A stretch of DNA of 64,000 nt from positions 19,528-83,527 of the forward strand of contig CAVYHX010000016.1 in NCBI GenBank assembly GCA_963768415.1, written 5' to 3'. Within the stretch, counting starts at the first letter, position 1. The number at the start of each line of letters is the position of its first letter. The notes under the pieces are model-generated. The model searched no databases. It was not told the origin of the DNA and was given only the letters and a program-made list of their open reading frames with translations. The stretch comes from an uncultured Gammaproteobacteria bacterium. Its GTDB lineage: Bacteria > Pseudomonadota > Gammaproteobacteria > UBA9214. Of this stretch, positions 9,103 to 18,758 are shown piece after piece. The position numbers and the translations under genes were made by a program.

Positions 9103-9945
9103 GTGGATATCGAGTTATTACGAACATTTCTTGAAGTTGTGCGCGTGCGCCACTTCGGCAAGGCCGCCGGTGAACTGTGTGTGACCCAGTCAGCCGTGAG
9201 CGCACGTATCCGTCAGCTCGAGCAGACACTCGGGATGCCGCTGTTCAGCCGGCACCGCAATAACATTCAGTTGACACCGGCAGGTCAGCAGCTCAGAAAA
9301 CACGCCGAGACGATCGTCCAGGCATGGGCGCGTGCCCGTCAGGAAACCGGCCTGGGTGCAGAGGTTACCGGAGGGCTGGCGATTGGCGCAATGTGGGACC
9401 TCTGGGAAATCATGCCGGTCGAATGGTTGCATACACTGCGGAACGAGATGGCAGACACGGCTCTGCAGGTCGATTCCGGAACGGCGGACCTGTTGCTGCG
9501 CAAGCTGGTAGACGGCGTTATCGACCTGGCCCTGCTGTTCGAGCCACCACAATTGCCGGAATTCGAAATTCGCGAACTGGGTATAATCAACCTGCATCTG
9601 GTAGCTACACGCCATGGACTGAGCGTCGCACAGGCCTTCGAGTCTGGCTATATTATGGTCGACTGGGGAACAGCATTTGCGCATGCCCATGCGCGACACT
9701 TCCCGGATATGCCGTCTCCGGTGCTGCGCATGAATCTCGGCGCCCTCGCCAGGCGCTACCTGCAGCATGGTGAAGGCGCGGCCTACCTGCCCGAGCAGGT
9801 GCTCTCACCGGCAGGTGACAGGCAACTGTACCGGGTAAAGGACGCGCCGTTGATTGAACGACCGGCATTTGCGATTTTCCGGAGCGGGACTGACAGGGAC
9901 AACACTGTACGCAAGGCGCTGGCCCTGCTGAACTGGGACCGGTAG
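9103..9945 (+). CDS. LysR-family transcriptional regulator
   Basis: GTG at 9103 gives VDIELLRTFLEVVRVRHFGKAAGELCVTQSAVSARIRQLEQ, the LysR HTH, followed by a substrate-binding domain. The upstream 80 codons of the long ORF look non-coding. Confidence 0.8.
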   Translation: MDIELLRTFLEVVRVRHFGKAAGELCVTQSAVSARIRQLEQTLGMPLFSRHRNNIQLTPAGQQLRKHAETIVQAWARARQETGLGAEVTGGLAIGAMWDLWEIMPVEWLHTLRNEMADTALQVDSGTADLLLRKLVDGVIDLALLFEPPQLPEFEIRELGIINLHLVATRHGLSVAQAFESGYIMVDWGTAFAHAHARHFPDMPSPVLRMNLGALARRYLQHGEGAAYLPEQVLSPAGDRQLYRVKDAPLIERPAFAIFRSGTDRDNTVRKALALLNWDR

Positions 9946-9966
9946 CTAAAACTGCCATGCCTTGCG

Positions 9967-11013
9967 CTAGACTATCGGGGGTTCCTTATCCAGCACCGGT
10001 CCGAGTGTAAGTTCATCGGATTGAAATGCGTCTACATTATTTTCTGCAGCGCGTGTTGATTCAAAGCGCGCAATATGGAATATACCTTCACCTTCGTTGA
10101 CCAGGGGCAGGTTGGTGCGGCCAATGATGATACCGTTGCTGCTGGCATGAACTTCTGTTTCCTGCTCGCCAAAGGGGTCGGCGATCACACCGATGGCCTC
10201 ATCCTTGTGCACACGGGATCCCAGGCCGGAACTGGCTCTCAGGATGCCGCTGCGGCTGGCCCGTACCCAGTACGAGGATCGTGCTATCAGCGGTTCCATG
10301 TGTTTCCGTGCGCGGCTGGCTGCGGGCAGCATACCCAGTTCACGCATGACCGCCAGGATTCCCTTCACCCCTGCGCGGATGGAATGTTCGTTGAAGCGCA
10401 ACGCCTCGCCAGCCTCGTATAGCAGAATGGGGATGCCGCGTTCAGCCGCTATTTGCCTGAGCGAGCCGTCACGGAGATTCGAGTTCAGTAATAATGGCAC
10501 ATGAAAGGCGTTGGCGATGCGTACCGTTTCGGGATCATCTAGATTCGCACGTATCTGTGGCAGGTTTTCCCGGTGGATCGCGCCCGTGTGCAGATCGATG
10601 CCATAGTCACTGTGACTGACGATCTCATTGAGAAACATGTGTGCCAGCCGTGCCGCCATGGAGCCGCTGTGGGAACCCGGAAAAGAACGATTCAGGTCGC
10701 GCCGGTCCGGTAGATAACGCGAACTGTTCACAAAGCCGTAGACGTTGACTATGGGTATTGCCAGCAGTACGCCGCGCAGCTTGTTCAACAATGGCAGGCG
10801 CAGCAGGCGGCGGATTATCTCCACCCCGTTTATTTCGTCCCCATGGACCGCTGCGCTGACAAACAATGTTGGTCCGGACCGCTTGCCACATACAATCTGG
10901 ACAGGGAGGGTCATAGGCGCATGCGAGTACAGACCGGCCACGGGCAATTCCAGGGTGACCCGGGTGCCTGGCTCTACTGTTGTGCCACCGATCTCAAGCT
11001 TCTCGCGGCTCAT
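9967..11013 (-). CDS. succinylglutamate desuccinylase/aspartoacylase (AstE/AspA) family deacylase
   Basis: The MSREKLEIGG start avoids overlapping rimK. FVSAAVHGDEINGVEI and GIDLHTG are zinc-carboxypeptidase-like motifs typical of the family. Confidence 0.85.
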   Translation of the reverse strand: MSREKLEIGGTTVEPGTRVTLELPVAGLYSHAPMTLPVQIVCGKRSGPTLFVSAAVHGDEINGVEIIRRLLRLPLLNKLRGVLLAIPIVNVYGFVNSSRYLPDRRDLNRSFPGSHSGSMAARLAHMFLNEIVSHSDYGIDLHTGAIHRENLPQIRANLDDPETVRIANAFHVPLLLNSNLRDGSLRQIAAERGIPILLYEAGEALRFNEHSIRAGVKGILAVMRELGMLPAASRARKHMEPLIARSSYWVRASRSGILRASSGLGSRVHKDEAIGVIADPFGEQETEVHASSNGIIIGRTNLPLVNEGEGIFHIARFESTRAAENNVDAFQSDELTLGPVLDKEPPIV

Positions 11014-11032
11014 TACCTGGTGTACCTCGGCA

Positions 11033-11938
11033 CTAACCCTTGCCCTTGGTCCGGGTGTTGTAGGGGCGCGCATTACGCTCGATAAATTCAATGATCATAT
11101 CGGCAATATCCTTGCCGCTGGCGGTTTCGATGCCTTCCAGTCCGGGTGATGAGTTCACTTCCAAGACCACCGGCCCGTGGTTGGAGCGGAGTATGTCCAC
11201 ACCGGCCACATTGAGCCCCATTACCTTCGCCGCACGTACCGCGGTGGTGCGCTCTTCGGGTGTGATCTTGATAAGGGCAGCGGTGCCGCCACGATGGAGG
11301 TTGGAACGGAATTCGCCTTCCGCTGCCTGCCGCTTCATTGCGGCAACCACTTTTTCGCCGACCACCAGACAACGAATATCCGAACCGCCGGCTTCCTTGA
11401 TGAACTCCTGCACCAGAATATTCGCCTTCAGTCCCAGAAATGCCTCGATAACGCTTTCAGCCGCCTTCTCGGTTTCGGCAAGCACCACGCCGATACCCTG
11501 CGTGCCCTCGAGGAGCTTGATGACAAGCGGTGCACCGTGAACCATCTTGATCAGGTCCTCGATGTCACCGGGAGAATGTGCGAATCCGGTAACCGGCAAG
11601 CCGATCCCCTTGCGTGACAGCAGTTGCAATGAGCGCAGCTTGTCACGTGACCGGCTGATGGCAACCGATTCATTCAGGGGATACACGCCCAGCATCTCGA
11701 ACTGGCGCAGGACCGCCGTCCCGTAGAAGGTGATCGAGGCGCCGATACGTGGAATGACGGCGTCATAACCCTCCAGCACGGCACCATTGAAGTGTATCTC
11801 GGGGCGGTGGGAGGCAATGTTCATATAACATCGCAGGGTGTCGATCACCTTCACCTCATGGCCGCGCTTTATGGCAGCCTCGACGAGACGGCGGGTGGAA
11901 TACAGCGATTTCTTGCGCGAAAGTATGGCGATCTTCAT
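11033..11938 (-). CDS. rimK: ATP-grasp ribosomal protein S6 glutamate ligase RimK
   Basis: [29 protein letters not shown]... is a full-length ATP-grasp protein, 301 aa. Confidence 0.9.
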   Translation of the reverse strand: MKIAILSRKKSLYSTRRLVEAAIKRGHEVKVIDTLRCYMNIASHRPEIHFNGAVLEGYDAVIPRIGASITFYGTAVLRQFEMLGVYPLNESVAISRSRDKLRSLQLLSRKGIGLPVTGFAHSPGDIEDLIKMVHGAPLVIKLLEGTQGIGVVLAETEKAAESVIEAFLGLKANILVQEFIKEAGGSDIRCLVVGEKVVAAMKRQAAEGEFRSNLHRGGTAALIKITPEERTTAVRAAKVMGLNVAGVDILRSNHGPVVLEVNSSPGLEGIETASGKDIADMIIEFIERNARPYNTRTKGKG

Positions 11939-12396
11939 TGGTTACTCCTTGGTTTTGGTTTCTTCCTCTTGTGTCGTCCGATCACATATGAACGTGCCGC
12001 ATCCACGACATAACGCTGTTTCAAGGCGGTTCTTCCCAGCAGCATCCGGAACAGCATGGTATCCCTGTTGGTCAGGGTGATTTCTATCGGGAAATGGTCG
12101 GTACCCAGCTGCAGTTCAGTCAGGATCAAATAGCGTTTCTCGCGGTGGCCGCCCGAGTCTGTTACCCAGCGTTCGTCGATGACAGGCGCCTCGCAAATAA
12201 CCTTTATTCGTTTGTCGCGCTGGAAAGGATGTACGCCGAAGCGAACCCACCTTTTTCGGGACCTTTTGAACGGCTCCACAAAATAGGCATGCAGCGATGA
12301 TGTACGCGCACCGGTATCGACCTTGGCCTTGATGTGTTCAATGCCCAGCCCGGGAAGGGTTACCCATTCACGCCATCCGACGACTTGCCGGTCCAT
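11935..12396 (-). CDS. retropepsin-like aspartic endopeptidase (formerly 'ATP-dependent zinc protease', DUF785)
   Basis: [31 protein letters not shown] carries the D-T-G motif. Its stop overlaps the rimK start in ATGA. Confidence 0.8.
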   Translation of the reverse strand: MDRQVVGWREWVTLPGLGIEHIKAKVDTGARTSSLHAYFVEPFKRSRKRWVRFGVHPFQRDKRIKVICEAPVIDERWVTDSGGHREKRYLILTELQLGTDHFPIEITLTNRDTMLFRMLLGRTALKQRYVVDAARSYVIGRHKRKKPKPRSNQ

Positions 12397-12811
12397 GATC
12401 CTAAGGTCTCCTCCGGGCGCCCCGGGAGGCTGCGTAACTCCATTTCAACAGCATCTGTAGTTTAGTACCAATCCGTGTCAGCATGAAATCAGCGTCTACT
12501 ATAGCGACTGGATGGTTTTAGTACAGATTTTTTTCGAGGGCTGCACGCCTGGAGTGAGCCGCAGTCCAGGGGGGAACCGGGTACTGCCGCACCCACTGCC
12601 GGTGCCGGCACAGGTTGCCGGTTTTCGCGCTCCCGGGTTGTCCGTCAATTGTGCTGCTCGTGCTGTGGGCGCTGAAGAATGGACCGGTTATCCGGTAAAA
12701 ATGCAGCAGGACAGCAGATATCGCTTGCTGGTCGAGCTGTCCCCGATGGACTATTCTTGTCATGACCCGGGAGGGTGCATTCATTCAGGGTGACAACAGC
12801 ATCGGAGGTAC

Positions 12812-13441
12812 ATGCAGATGACACGAATGACGACGCTGCCCGCGCCCAATGAGGCGCTACCCGGTCGAAACGAGAAGATGGGAGTGCCGGCAAGACACTA
12901 TGTCACCGGTAACCGGCTGGTGCCGCCATTTCCCGCCGGCCTGGAGATGGCGCTGTTCGGTCTGGGATGTTTCTGGGGGGCCGAGCGCAAGTTCTGGGAA
13001 CTCGACGGTGTATTTACCACTGCCGCTGGTTATGCCGGCGGCAGTACACCGAATCCGACTTACCGGGAAGTGTGCAGCGGCATGACCGGGCATAACGAAG
13101 TGGTCCTCGTGGTGTATGACCCGGAGCGAGTTGCATACGACGATCTGTTGCGCATCTTCTGGGAGGCGCATGACCCGACCCAGGGCATGCGCCAGGGCAA
13201 TGATGTAGGCACCCAGTACCGCTCGGGCATCTATTGCTACAGCGCGGCACAGAAAACAGCGGCACTGGCGACCCAGGCCATTTTCCAGCAGCGTTTGGCC
13301 GCGGGTGGTTTTGGCCAGATCACGACTGAAATTATCGATGCCCCCGAGTTCTACTATGCCGAGGACTATCACCAGCAATACCTGGCCAAAAATCCCGCCG
13401 GGTATTGCGGCCTGGGCGGTACCGGTGTGACCTGCGCCTGA
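12812..13441 (+). CDS. msrA: peptide-methionine (S)-S-oxide reductase MsrA (cytoplasmic type)
   Basis: ALPGRN...[14 protein letters not shown]...AAGYAGG is collinear with E. coli MsrA. Confidence 0.9.
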   Translation: MQMTRMTTLPAPNEALPGRNEKMGVPARHYVTGNRLVPPFPAGLEMALFGLGCFWGAERKFWELDGVFTTAAGYAGGSTPNPTYREVCSGMTGHNEVVLVVYDPERVAYDDLLRIFWEAHDPTQGMRQGNDVGTQYRSGIYCYSAAQKTAALATQAIFQQRLAAGGFGQITTEIIDAPEFYYAEDYHQQYLAKNPAGYCGLGGTGVTCA

Positions 13442-13588
13442 ATAATCAGGAGTGCCCGGATTCCAGGGGCAACCGATCCCGGAAATCATTCGCTGCAGCG
13501 CCAGGAATATTTACGCGCTGCAGTTGAAGATTCAATATCAGGCACCCATATTGGTTTTATGACTGCTTATAACCAGAGGAGAACAAGC

Positions 13589-13774
13589 ATGCTGGCAGGA
13601 ATTATTCTGGTCCTTGCGGGGCTGCTGCTGATTATTTACCCGCCATTGCTGTCGGTCATTGTCGCCGTGTTTCTCATCCTGGCCGGTGGCATGAGTATCA
13701 TGACGGGTTACTACTACCGCAAACAACAGCGGCAATTCAAGAATCCGGCAGTGGGGTTCTATTTCAGGTATTGA
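13589..13774 (+). CDS. small membrane protein (DUF3096-like)
   Basis: ATG at 13589 follows AGAGGA. It has two hydrophobic helices (MLAGIILVLAGLLLIIYPPLLSVIVAVFLILAGGMSI). Confidence 0.55.
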   Translation: MLAGIILVLAGLLLIIYPPLLSVIVAVFLILAGGMSIMTGYYYRKQQRQFKNPAVGFYFRY

Positions 13775-13881
13775 GCCGTTGATCTAGATGCATGCCCGTG
13801 TATGCACGCTATGATCGATAATCCCGGAAGTCAGTTTATGTAAACCGGCAGATAATTTCGGCTGCTGCATCCGCCTGTATA

Positions 13882-14553
13882 TCAGGATGCCGGTGATACA
13901 CCGTTCTGCCGGTTGCCGGAAGGTGCGGGGGCCTGATCATGATCTCCCCAGAGTTCCTCGAGCCGTTTATCCCGACCGCAGCCATAGCGGTAGAATTTAT
14001 AACGCACCGGGTTTTTCAGGTAGTAGTCCTGGTGATAGTCCTCAGCTGGATAAAACGTAGCGGCCGGGGTGACTCCGGTTACGACCGGGTCACTGAATGA
14101 CTTCGATTCTGTCAGTGCCTTTTTGGAAGCAGTCGCCAGCCGGTTTTGCTCATCGGTGTGATAGAAGATCTCACTGCGATACTGGTCACCCCAGTCACAG
14201 AACTGGCCGTTTGCCATGGTCGGGTCGATGTTGTGCCAGAAGACATCCAGTAATTCCGAATAGCTGATTCGTTGCGGGTCGTAGACGATCTGTACCGCTT
14301 CGGTATGCCCGGTTCCGCCCCGGGACACCTCCTTGTAAGTCGGATCTTTCTTGTGCCCGCCGGTATAGCCGGAGGTGGTCGAGATGACACCATCGAGCTT
14401 GTCGAAAGGCGGTTCCATGCACCAGAAACAGCCACCGGCAAAAGTCGCTATTGCCTGATTGGCTGCGGTTGACGGTGTGCCGGCGATTCCGGGGCCCGGG
14501 AGCCAGTAGAGAAGTATCAGCAGTGCGATGGGCAGGGAAGGGGGGTTTGTCAT
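13882..14553 (-). CDS. msrA: exported peptide-methionine (S)-S-oxide reductase MsrA
   Basis: Signal peptide MTNPPSLPIALLILLYWLPGPGIAG, then GGCFWCMEPPFDKLDGVISTTSGYTGG. Confidence 0.9.
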   Translation of the reverse strand: MTNPPSLPIALLILLYWLPGPGIAGTPSTAANQAIATFAGGCFWCMEPPFDKLDGVISTTSGYTGGHKKDPTYKEVSRGGTGHTEAVQIVYDPQRISYSELLDVFWHNIDPTMANGQFCDWGDQYRSEIFYHTDEQNRLATASKKALTESKSFSDPVVTGVTPAATFYPAEDYHQDYYLKNPVRYKFYRYGCGRDKRLEELWGDHDQAPAPSGNRQNGVSPAS

Positions 14554-14646
14554 GGCTGGATCCTGTGGTTGTTATCTGGCACAGCTAATGGACAGCTTCG
14601 GGAAGTATTTGTTTCATAATTAATAAATTATATTTTTTTCAAGTTC

Positions 14647-14967
14647 TTGCAGGTATTCAATGCGCGCAGCCTTGCGCCGATAAAGTCTTTACAGACATAT
14701 CAACGACAGCGAGGTGGCGCTTTGGACAACATCTACCCAACACCGCAGGCTGCGGGTGTAAGGATACCCCGGCACCTGAAGACCGAGCGCTTCTGTGCCG
14801 GTTTCAAGCACGGACTGAAAGGTGGCCACCTTGACAAGGTGGAATATATGCGGCTTTCGTTCCGCGAAGGTTATCGTGCCGCGAAAATGTATTTGCGCGA
14901 GCTGCGACGCACACGTGGAATCCTGGAGTTTCCGGCGCGCTGGCGGGTGCGACTGCGCGCGGTCTAG
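14647..14967 (+). CDS. hypothetical basic protein (start uncertain)
   Basis: ORF with only a TTG start and no clear SD. The C-terminal half looks protein-like (FCAGFKHGLKGGHLDKVEYMRLSFREGYRAAKMYLRELRR). Confidence 0.3.
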   Translation: MQVFNARSLAPIKSLQTYQRQRGGALDNIYPTPQAAGVRIPRHLKTERFCAGFKHGLKGGHLDKVEYMRLSFREGYRAAKMYLRELRRTRGILEFPARWRVRLRAV

Positions 14968-14997
14968 AACCGGATTCTGTAACAGCGGGTCGCTAGT

Positions 14998-15417
14998 CTA
15001 TTCCTCGACCCTGGCCAGCACCGTGATCTGAAAGGAGATCTGTTCGAGAAACGCCTGTGTGTCACGGGCGCCAGCCGCAATATTCATGCGCACCCGGTGC
15101 GATTCATCATCCAGTTCACCGGCAGCGCCGAATATTTGCCAGCCGGCAAAGCTGGCCACGCCATCGGTGCGTCCGCCGGCCAGGGCAGCCGATGCCACAA
15201 TCTTGATGACTGCCTCACTGGCGTCGTCGTAGACCCGGCCGATATCGAAGCACACGACTTCCAGTGACCAGCGGGGATGCGGCATGCCGCCGGGAATTTC
15301 AACTTCCGCCATGCCACTGTAGATATACATCCGGTTGGCGCCATCCGGTCCGTTGACGTAGACCTCCATTTCCTGCATGTCCGTCAGGCGTTTTGGTGTG
15401 ATTATACTTTCCTGCAT
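14998..15417 (-). CDS. hypothetical protein (139 aa)
   Basis: ATG is preceded by GGGGAGG at the correct spacing. Balanced composition. No family recognised. Confidence 0.55.
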   Translation of the reverse strand: MQESIITPKRLTDMQEMEVYVNGPDGANRMYIYSGMAEVEIPGGMPHPRWSLEVVCFDIGRVYDDASEAVIKIVASAALAGGRTDGVASFAGWQIFGAAGELDDESHRVRMNIAAGARDTQAFLEQISFQITVLARVEE

Positions 15418-15511
15418 GCCTGTCCTCCCCGGGTTTAATTTTGCTTGTCAGAGCCCCATTGGACGATAATCGGCCCGATAAGGCAAGTCCGCGGCCGCCA
15501 CGGAATGACCG

Positions 15512-15856
15512 CTATTTGCCGGTTTCCGACGGATTTCCGGGTGGTTTTGTCAGTGGGAAGGGGGTTACGCTAGCGGCCTTGCCGCCCGCTGCAGTAATCT
15601 TGTTCGCGCCTTCGCGTTCCACCTCGTCGATGCGAATGACGGCCTGTAACGGGATATAGGTGCGGTGGACACCGGCAAATTCCGCTTTCAGTTTTTCCTC
15701 GGATGGATCAACCACAACGGACGTGCGTTCACCGAAAATAATATCTTCGACTTCGATGAACGCATACATGCTGCTTTGATGTACCTCGCTGGCATGCAGT
15801 TCGTAGATGTTATCCTGATTGTAAAATGAAATTCTGTAGATTTTTTGGTCTTTCAT
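15512..15856 (-). CDS. DUF1820-like conserved hypothetical protein
   Basis: MKDQKIYRISFYNQDNIYELHASEV...IFGERTSVVVDPSEEKLKAEF resembles the DUF1820 family as recalled. Confidence 0.55.
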   Translation of the reverse strand: MKDQKIYRISFYNQDNIYELHASEVHQSSMYAFIEVEDIIFGERTSVVVDPSEEKLKAEFAGVHRTYIPLQAVIRIDEVEREGANKITAAGGKAASVTPFPLTKPPGNPSETGK

Positions 15857-15886
15857 AAGGCAGTACTGTCGTGCTGGCAGGAAGGG

Positions 15887-16144
15887 CTATCCTTCGAACA
15901 GATGATCAAGTTTGTCTTCCATGTGCAGTTCGGTCAATTCGGTAAACCCGCCGATACAGACGCCATCGATTATGATCTGCGGTACTGTGCGTGCGCCATT
16001 GGTGACCTCGGAAAATTCGCGCCGTGCCGCCTGGTCAGTGTCGATGCGCGCCTCCTCGTAGGAAATATTCCATTTGTTGAGCAGTTGCTTTGCCTTGTCG
16101 CAAAAAGGGCAACTGCCTGTGCTGTAGATCTTTACTCGCGCCAT
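15887..16144 (-). CDS. grxC: glutaredoxin 3
   Basis: 85 aa. Has the CPFC active site, TVPQIIIDG and GG motifs. Confidence 0.9.
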   Translation of the reverse strand: MARVKIYSTGSCPFCDKAKQLLNKWNISYEEARIDTDQAARREFSEVTNGARTVPQIIIDGVCIGGFTELTELHMEDKLDHLFEG

Positions 16145-16221
16145 AATATATCCCGAATACCCGTTGTCTGATTACATCGCGCAGTATACAGGAAAATCCC
16201 GGTATCCCGGTTAACTGCCCG

Positions 16222-16941
16222 TTATTCATCCGGTGGTGTAAAGCGGACGACCTTCTTCTGCGGTGACAGGTTGATTTCGTCGAAGACGGTACCGGCCCGT
16301 GCCTGCAATATGCCGAGGACAGTCTGTGCAACATCCTCCGGCAGGATATAGTTATCCGCTTCCCTGCCGGGGCGGAAATCAAGCCCGTTGAAAAATTCAG
16401 TCTTCACCATGCCGGGGTTGATGATGCATACCCGGACGCCACTGGCGGCGCACTCCTGACGTATAGATTGCGCAAATCCGCGCAAGCCGAATTTGGCGGC
16501 CGCGTACACGGCGCCGCGCTTGCCGCCCGCACGTGCGGCCTCTGATCCCAGCAGCACGATGTCGCCGCTCTGTTGCCGTTTCATGCCGGGCAGCAGGGCG
16601 CGTACCAGGTAGATCTGGCTGGTCAGGTTGAGTTCGATCATTGTGCGGATCTGCGCATAGGAAAACTCTTCCAGGGAGCCGAAGCGCCCGCTGCCGGCGC
16701 AGCAGACGACACCGTCGATCCGCTCATGTTCAGCGAGCAGCTCATCAAGGCGCGCCGGCAGCGCATCGAGGGCAGACAAATCGAGCGCTATGGCCCTGAA
16801 ATTACTGTCTGTGCAGCTGAACTTGCTGAAATCGCGCGCCATGCCCGTCACCCGGTAGCCGTTCTCGAGCAGCCTGGTGACGGTGGCACGACCGATACCG
16901 GAGCTGGCACCCGTTACGATGATGGACTTCGTGACGGACAT
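16222..16941 (-). CDS. short-chain dehydrogenase/reductase (SDR)
   Basis: TGASSGIGRA cofactor motif and the YAAAKFG catalytic YxxxK. Confidence 0.85.
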   Translation of the reverse strand: MSVTKSIIVTGASSGIGRATVTRLLENGYRVTGMARDFSKFSCTDSNFRAIALDLSALDALPARLDELLAEHERIDGVVCCAGSGRFGSLEEFSYAQIRTMIELNLTSQIYLVRALLPGMKRQQSGDIVLLGSEAARAGGKRGAVYAAAKFGLRGFAQSIRQECAASGVRVCIINPGMVKTEFFNGLDFRPGREADNYILPEDVAQTVLGILQARAGTVFDEINLSPQKKVVRFTPPDE

Positions 16942-16944
16942 GGC

Positions 16945-17949
16945 TCAGGCGGCTACCTGGCACGGGTACAGGAGTGACTCGGGGACATATTCAAGCAGTC
17001 TCCGTGTGCAGAATGCCGTCATCTCGTTCTCCAGTTCAGCGCGATAGGAAACCATGCCATTCGATTCCGCGAATGGTCCGGCAAACAGCGGCTCGTCGGG
17101 GTACAGTTGCAGAATGTTTTTAAAATAGCCGCGCGGCAGCCGAAACGGGCCCAGACTGACGGAGTGTAATAGTTCCACATCAAGCAAGCTGAACACCTGT
17201 TCAAACAGCCTGCTGTACTGGTGCTCGAAATCCTCCTGGTATACCAGCGGATCAAAACGCAGACCAAGTAACCAGCCGTGTTTCTGCAGTTGCACCATGG
17301 CCTCGAGGCGTCGTTCGATGGCGGGTACCTTGTGTTCCAGTGCTGCGTATATCTCTGCCGGTGTGAAACTGAAGGCGATGATGACATTCTCGAGCGGTCT
17401 GTGTTTCAGCAGGCTGCGTATCTGGGTGCTCTTGGTGCGCAATTCGAGATATGCATGCGGGTGACTCGCGAAGAATGGCAGAAACTCCCCGGCGAATCCG
17501 GAGACCGGGTCCAGGGCCAGGCTGTCGCAGTCGTATCCGGAAAAGAACCAGGTGTCCTGGTCCCTGCTGTCGGCCAGTACCCGCCCGATATCGGCGAGAA
17601 AGTCTTCATAGTTTACGAATAATACATAGTGAGCCGATCGGAACATGCCCTGCAGGAAACAGTAACGGCAGTCATACAGGCAATTCAGCATATGGGAAAA
17701 ATAATAGTTTCGACTGCCGCCGATGCCGTAACTTTCGGGTACCGGGTGTATGCGCTGACGGTTTTTGTTCGCCAGGATCAGTGCCGGATTGGATTTCTGC
17801 AGGCGGAAGTTCTGGGCCTTCGGATTGAAAACCTCGCCATATTGCATACAGGGAATTTGTGCTGCCCGCGGAAAGCGCGCACAGATTTCCAGGGTGCGTG
17901 GATGGGAGGCAATCTCGTCCTCTATATAGATTGTGCTGAACAGGCTCAT
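16945..17949 (-). CDS. spore-photoproduct-lyase-family (SplB/COG1533-like) radical SAM protein
   Basis: The MSLFSTIYIEDE start overlaps the upstream stop in ATGA. CLYDCRYC is a CX3CX2C cluster. The long ORF's extra 56 N-terminal codons overlap the upstream gene. Confidence 0.8.
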   Translation of the reverse strand: MSLFSTIYIEDEIASHPRTLEICARFPRAAQIPCMQYGEVFNPKAQNFRLQKSNPALILANKNRQRIHPVPESYGIGGSRNYYFSHMLNCLYDCRYCFLQGMFRSAHYVLFVNYEDFLADIGRVLADSRDQDTWFFSGYDCDSLALDPVSGFAGEFLPFFASHPHAYLELRTKSTQIRSLLKHRPLENVIIAFSFTPAEIYAALEHKVPAIERRLEAMVQLQKHGWLLGLRFDPLVYQEDFEHQYSRLFEQVFSLLDVELLHSVSLGPFRLPRGYFKNILQLYPDEPLFAGPFAESNGMVSYRAELENEMTAFCTRRLLEYVPESLLYPCQVAA

Positions 17950-18758
17950 GCAAGGACCACGGGCATGGTGTTGATTTGCTGTTCGAGCAGGCGCAGAACA
18001 CCTGCCGCCTGTCTCTGCCGGTAGAGCGCATCGAGCATAAGCGGTTGTTGCGTCAGGGCGTGCCAGCGTTTGAGCAGCGCAGCGAGCTGGTGCCGCTGGG
18101 TTACAGTGAAATGCCACTGTTGAGTGAGGCGATCCAGGTCCGGGTGTGGCGCATGCCAGGCTGCATATTTGCCTTGTAAAGACTGCAGTATCTCCGTAAG
18201 CGTAGCGATCGTGGCCAGCTGATCGCCTATCAGCCGTTCACAATACTTCGCGGTAATCCCGGCGGCGGGGTGCGCCGGGTTGTCGGAGACCACCTTGAAA
18301 CTCTGCACCAGTTCAGCAGTGGTGCAGCAGCAGGCGGCGGGATAAAAACCGGCGGCCTCCATGTCATACAGGGTATCGTTACGATAACGCAGTTCGGGGC
18401 GCTCGACCGTCCGCAGGCAGCTGCCCGGAACCGGTTGACCTGGCAGCTGCGGCGGATACCAGCTTTTGCCCGTCGCCGTGTCGGTAATGCGATGGGCAAC
18501 TACACCCGTGCCGGTAGCCAGTGATGCATGGCCGGCGATTCCGATATTCAACCACGCGCTGTGTGCATGACCGCTGTCAACAGTTTGCAGCCACGCGCAA
18601 GCCGCCGCGGCATTGACCTTTCCCGGTCCGGATACAACCAGCATCATGGCGTTGTTCCGGTACAGCGGATAGGGTGCGCCGGCCTGCCTGCCACCCAGCC
18701 CGAAATGCCGCACCAGTGGCCGGGCCTCCGCCGGTAACGCAGTCACCAGGTGAATCAT
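17946..18758 (-). CDS. PNP/UDP-phosphorylase-superfamily (nucleosidase-like) protein with extra C-terminal helical domain
   Basis: MIHLVTALPAEARPL...LVVSGPGKVNAAAA...NIGIAGH resembles MTA/SAH-nucleosidase-type folds. The start overlaps the GT2 stop in ATGA. Confidence 0.65.
   Translation of the reverse strand: MIHLVTALPAEARPLVRHFGLGGRQAGAPYPLYRNNAMMLVVSGPGKVNAAAACAWLQTVDSGHAHSAWLNIGIAGHASLATGTGVVAHRITDTATGKSWYPPQLPGQPVPGSCLRTVERPELRYRNDTLYDMEAAGFYPAACCCTTAELVQSFKVVSDNPAHPAAGITAKYCERLIGDQLATIATLTEILQSLQGKYAAWHAPHPDLDRLTQQWHFTVTQRHQLAALLKRWHALTQQPLMLDALYRQRQAAGVLRLLEQQINTMPVVLA

Noticed and set aside
8273-9184. 303-aa plus-strand ORF
   Set aside because: It lies antisense to two better-supported small minus-strand genes and runs into the LysR leader. 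The sequence is Ser/Arg/Cys-rich and low-complexity, typical of spurious ORFs in GC-rich DNA.
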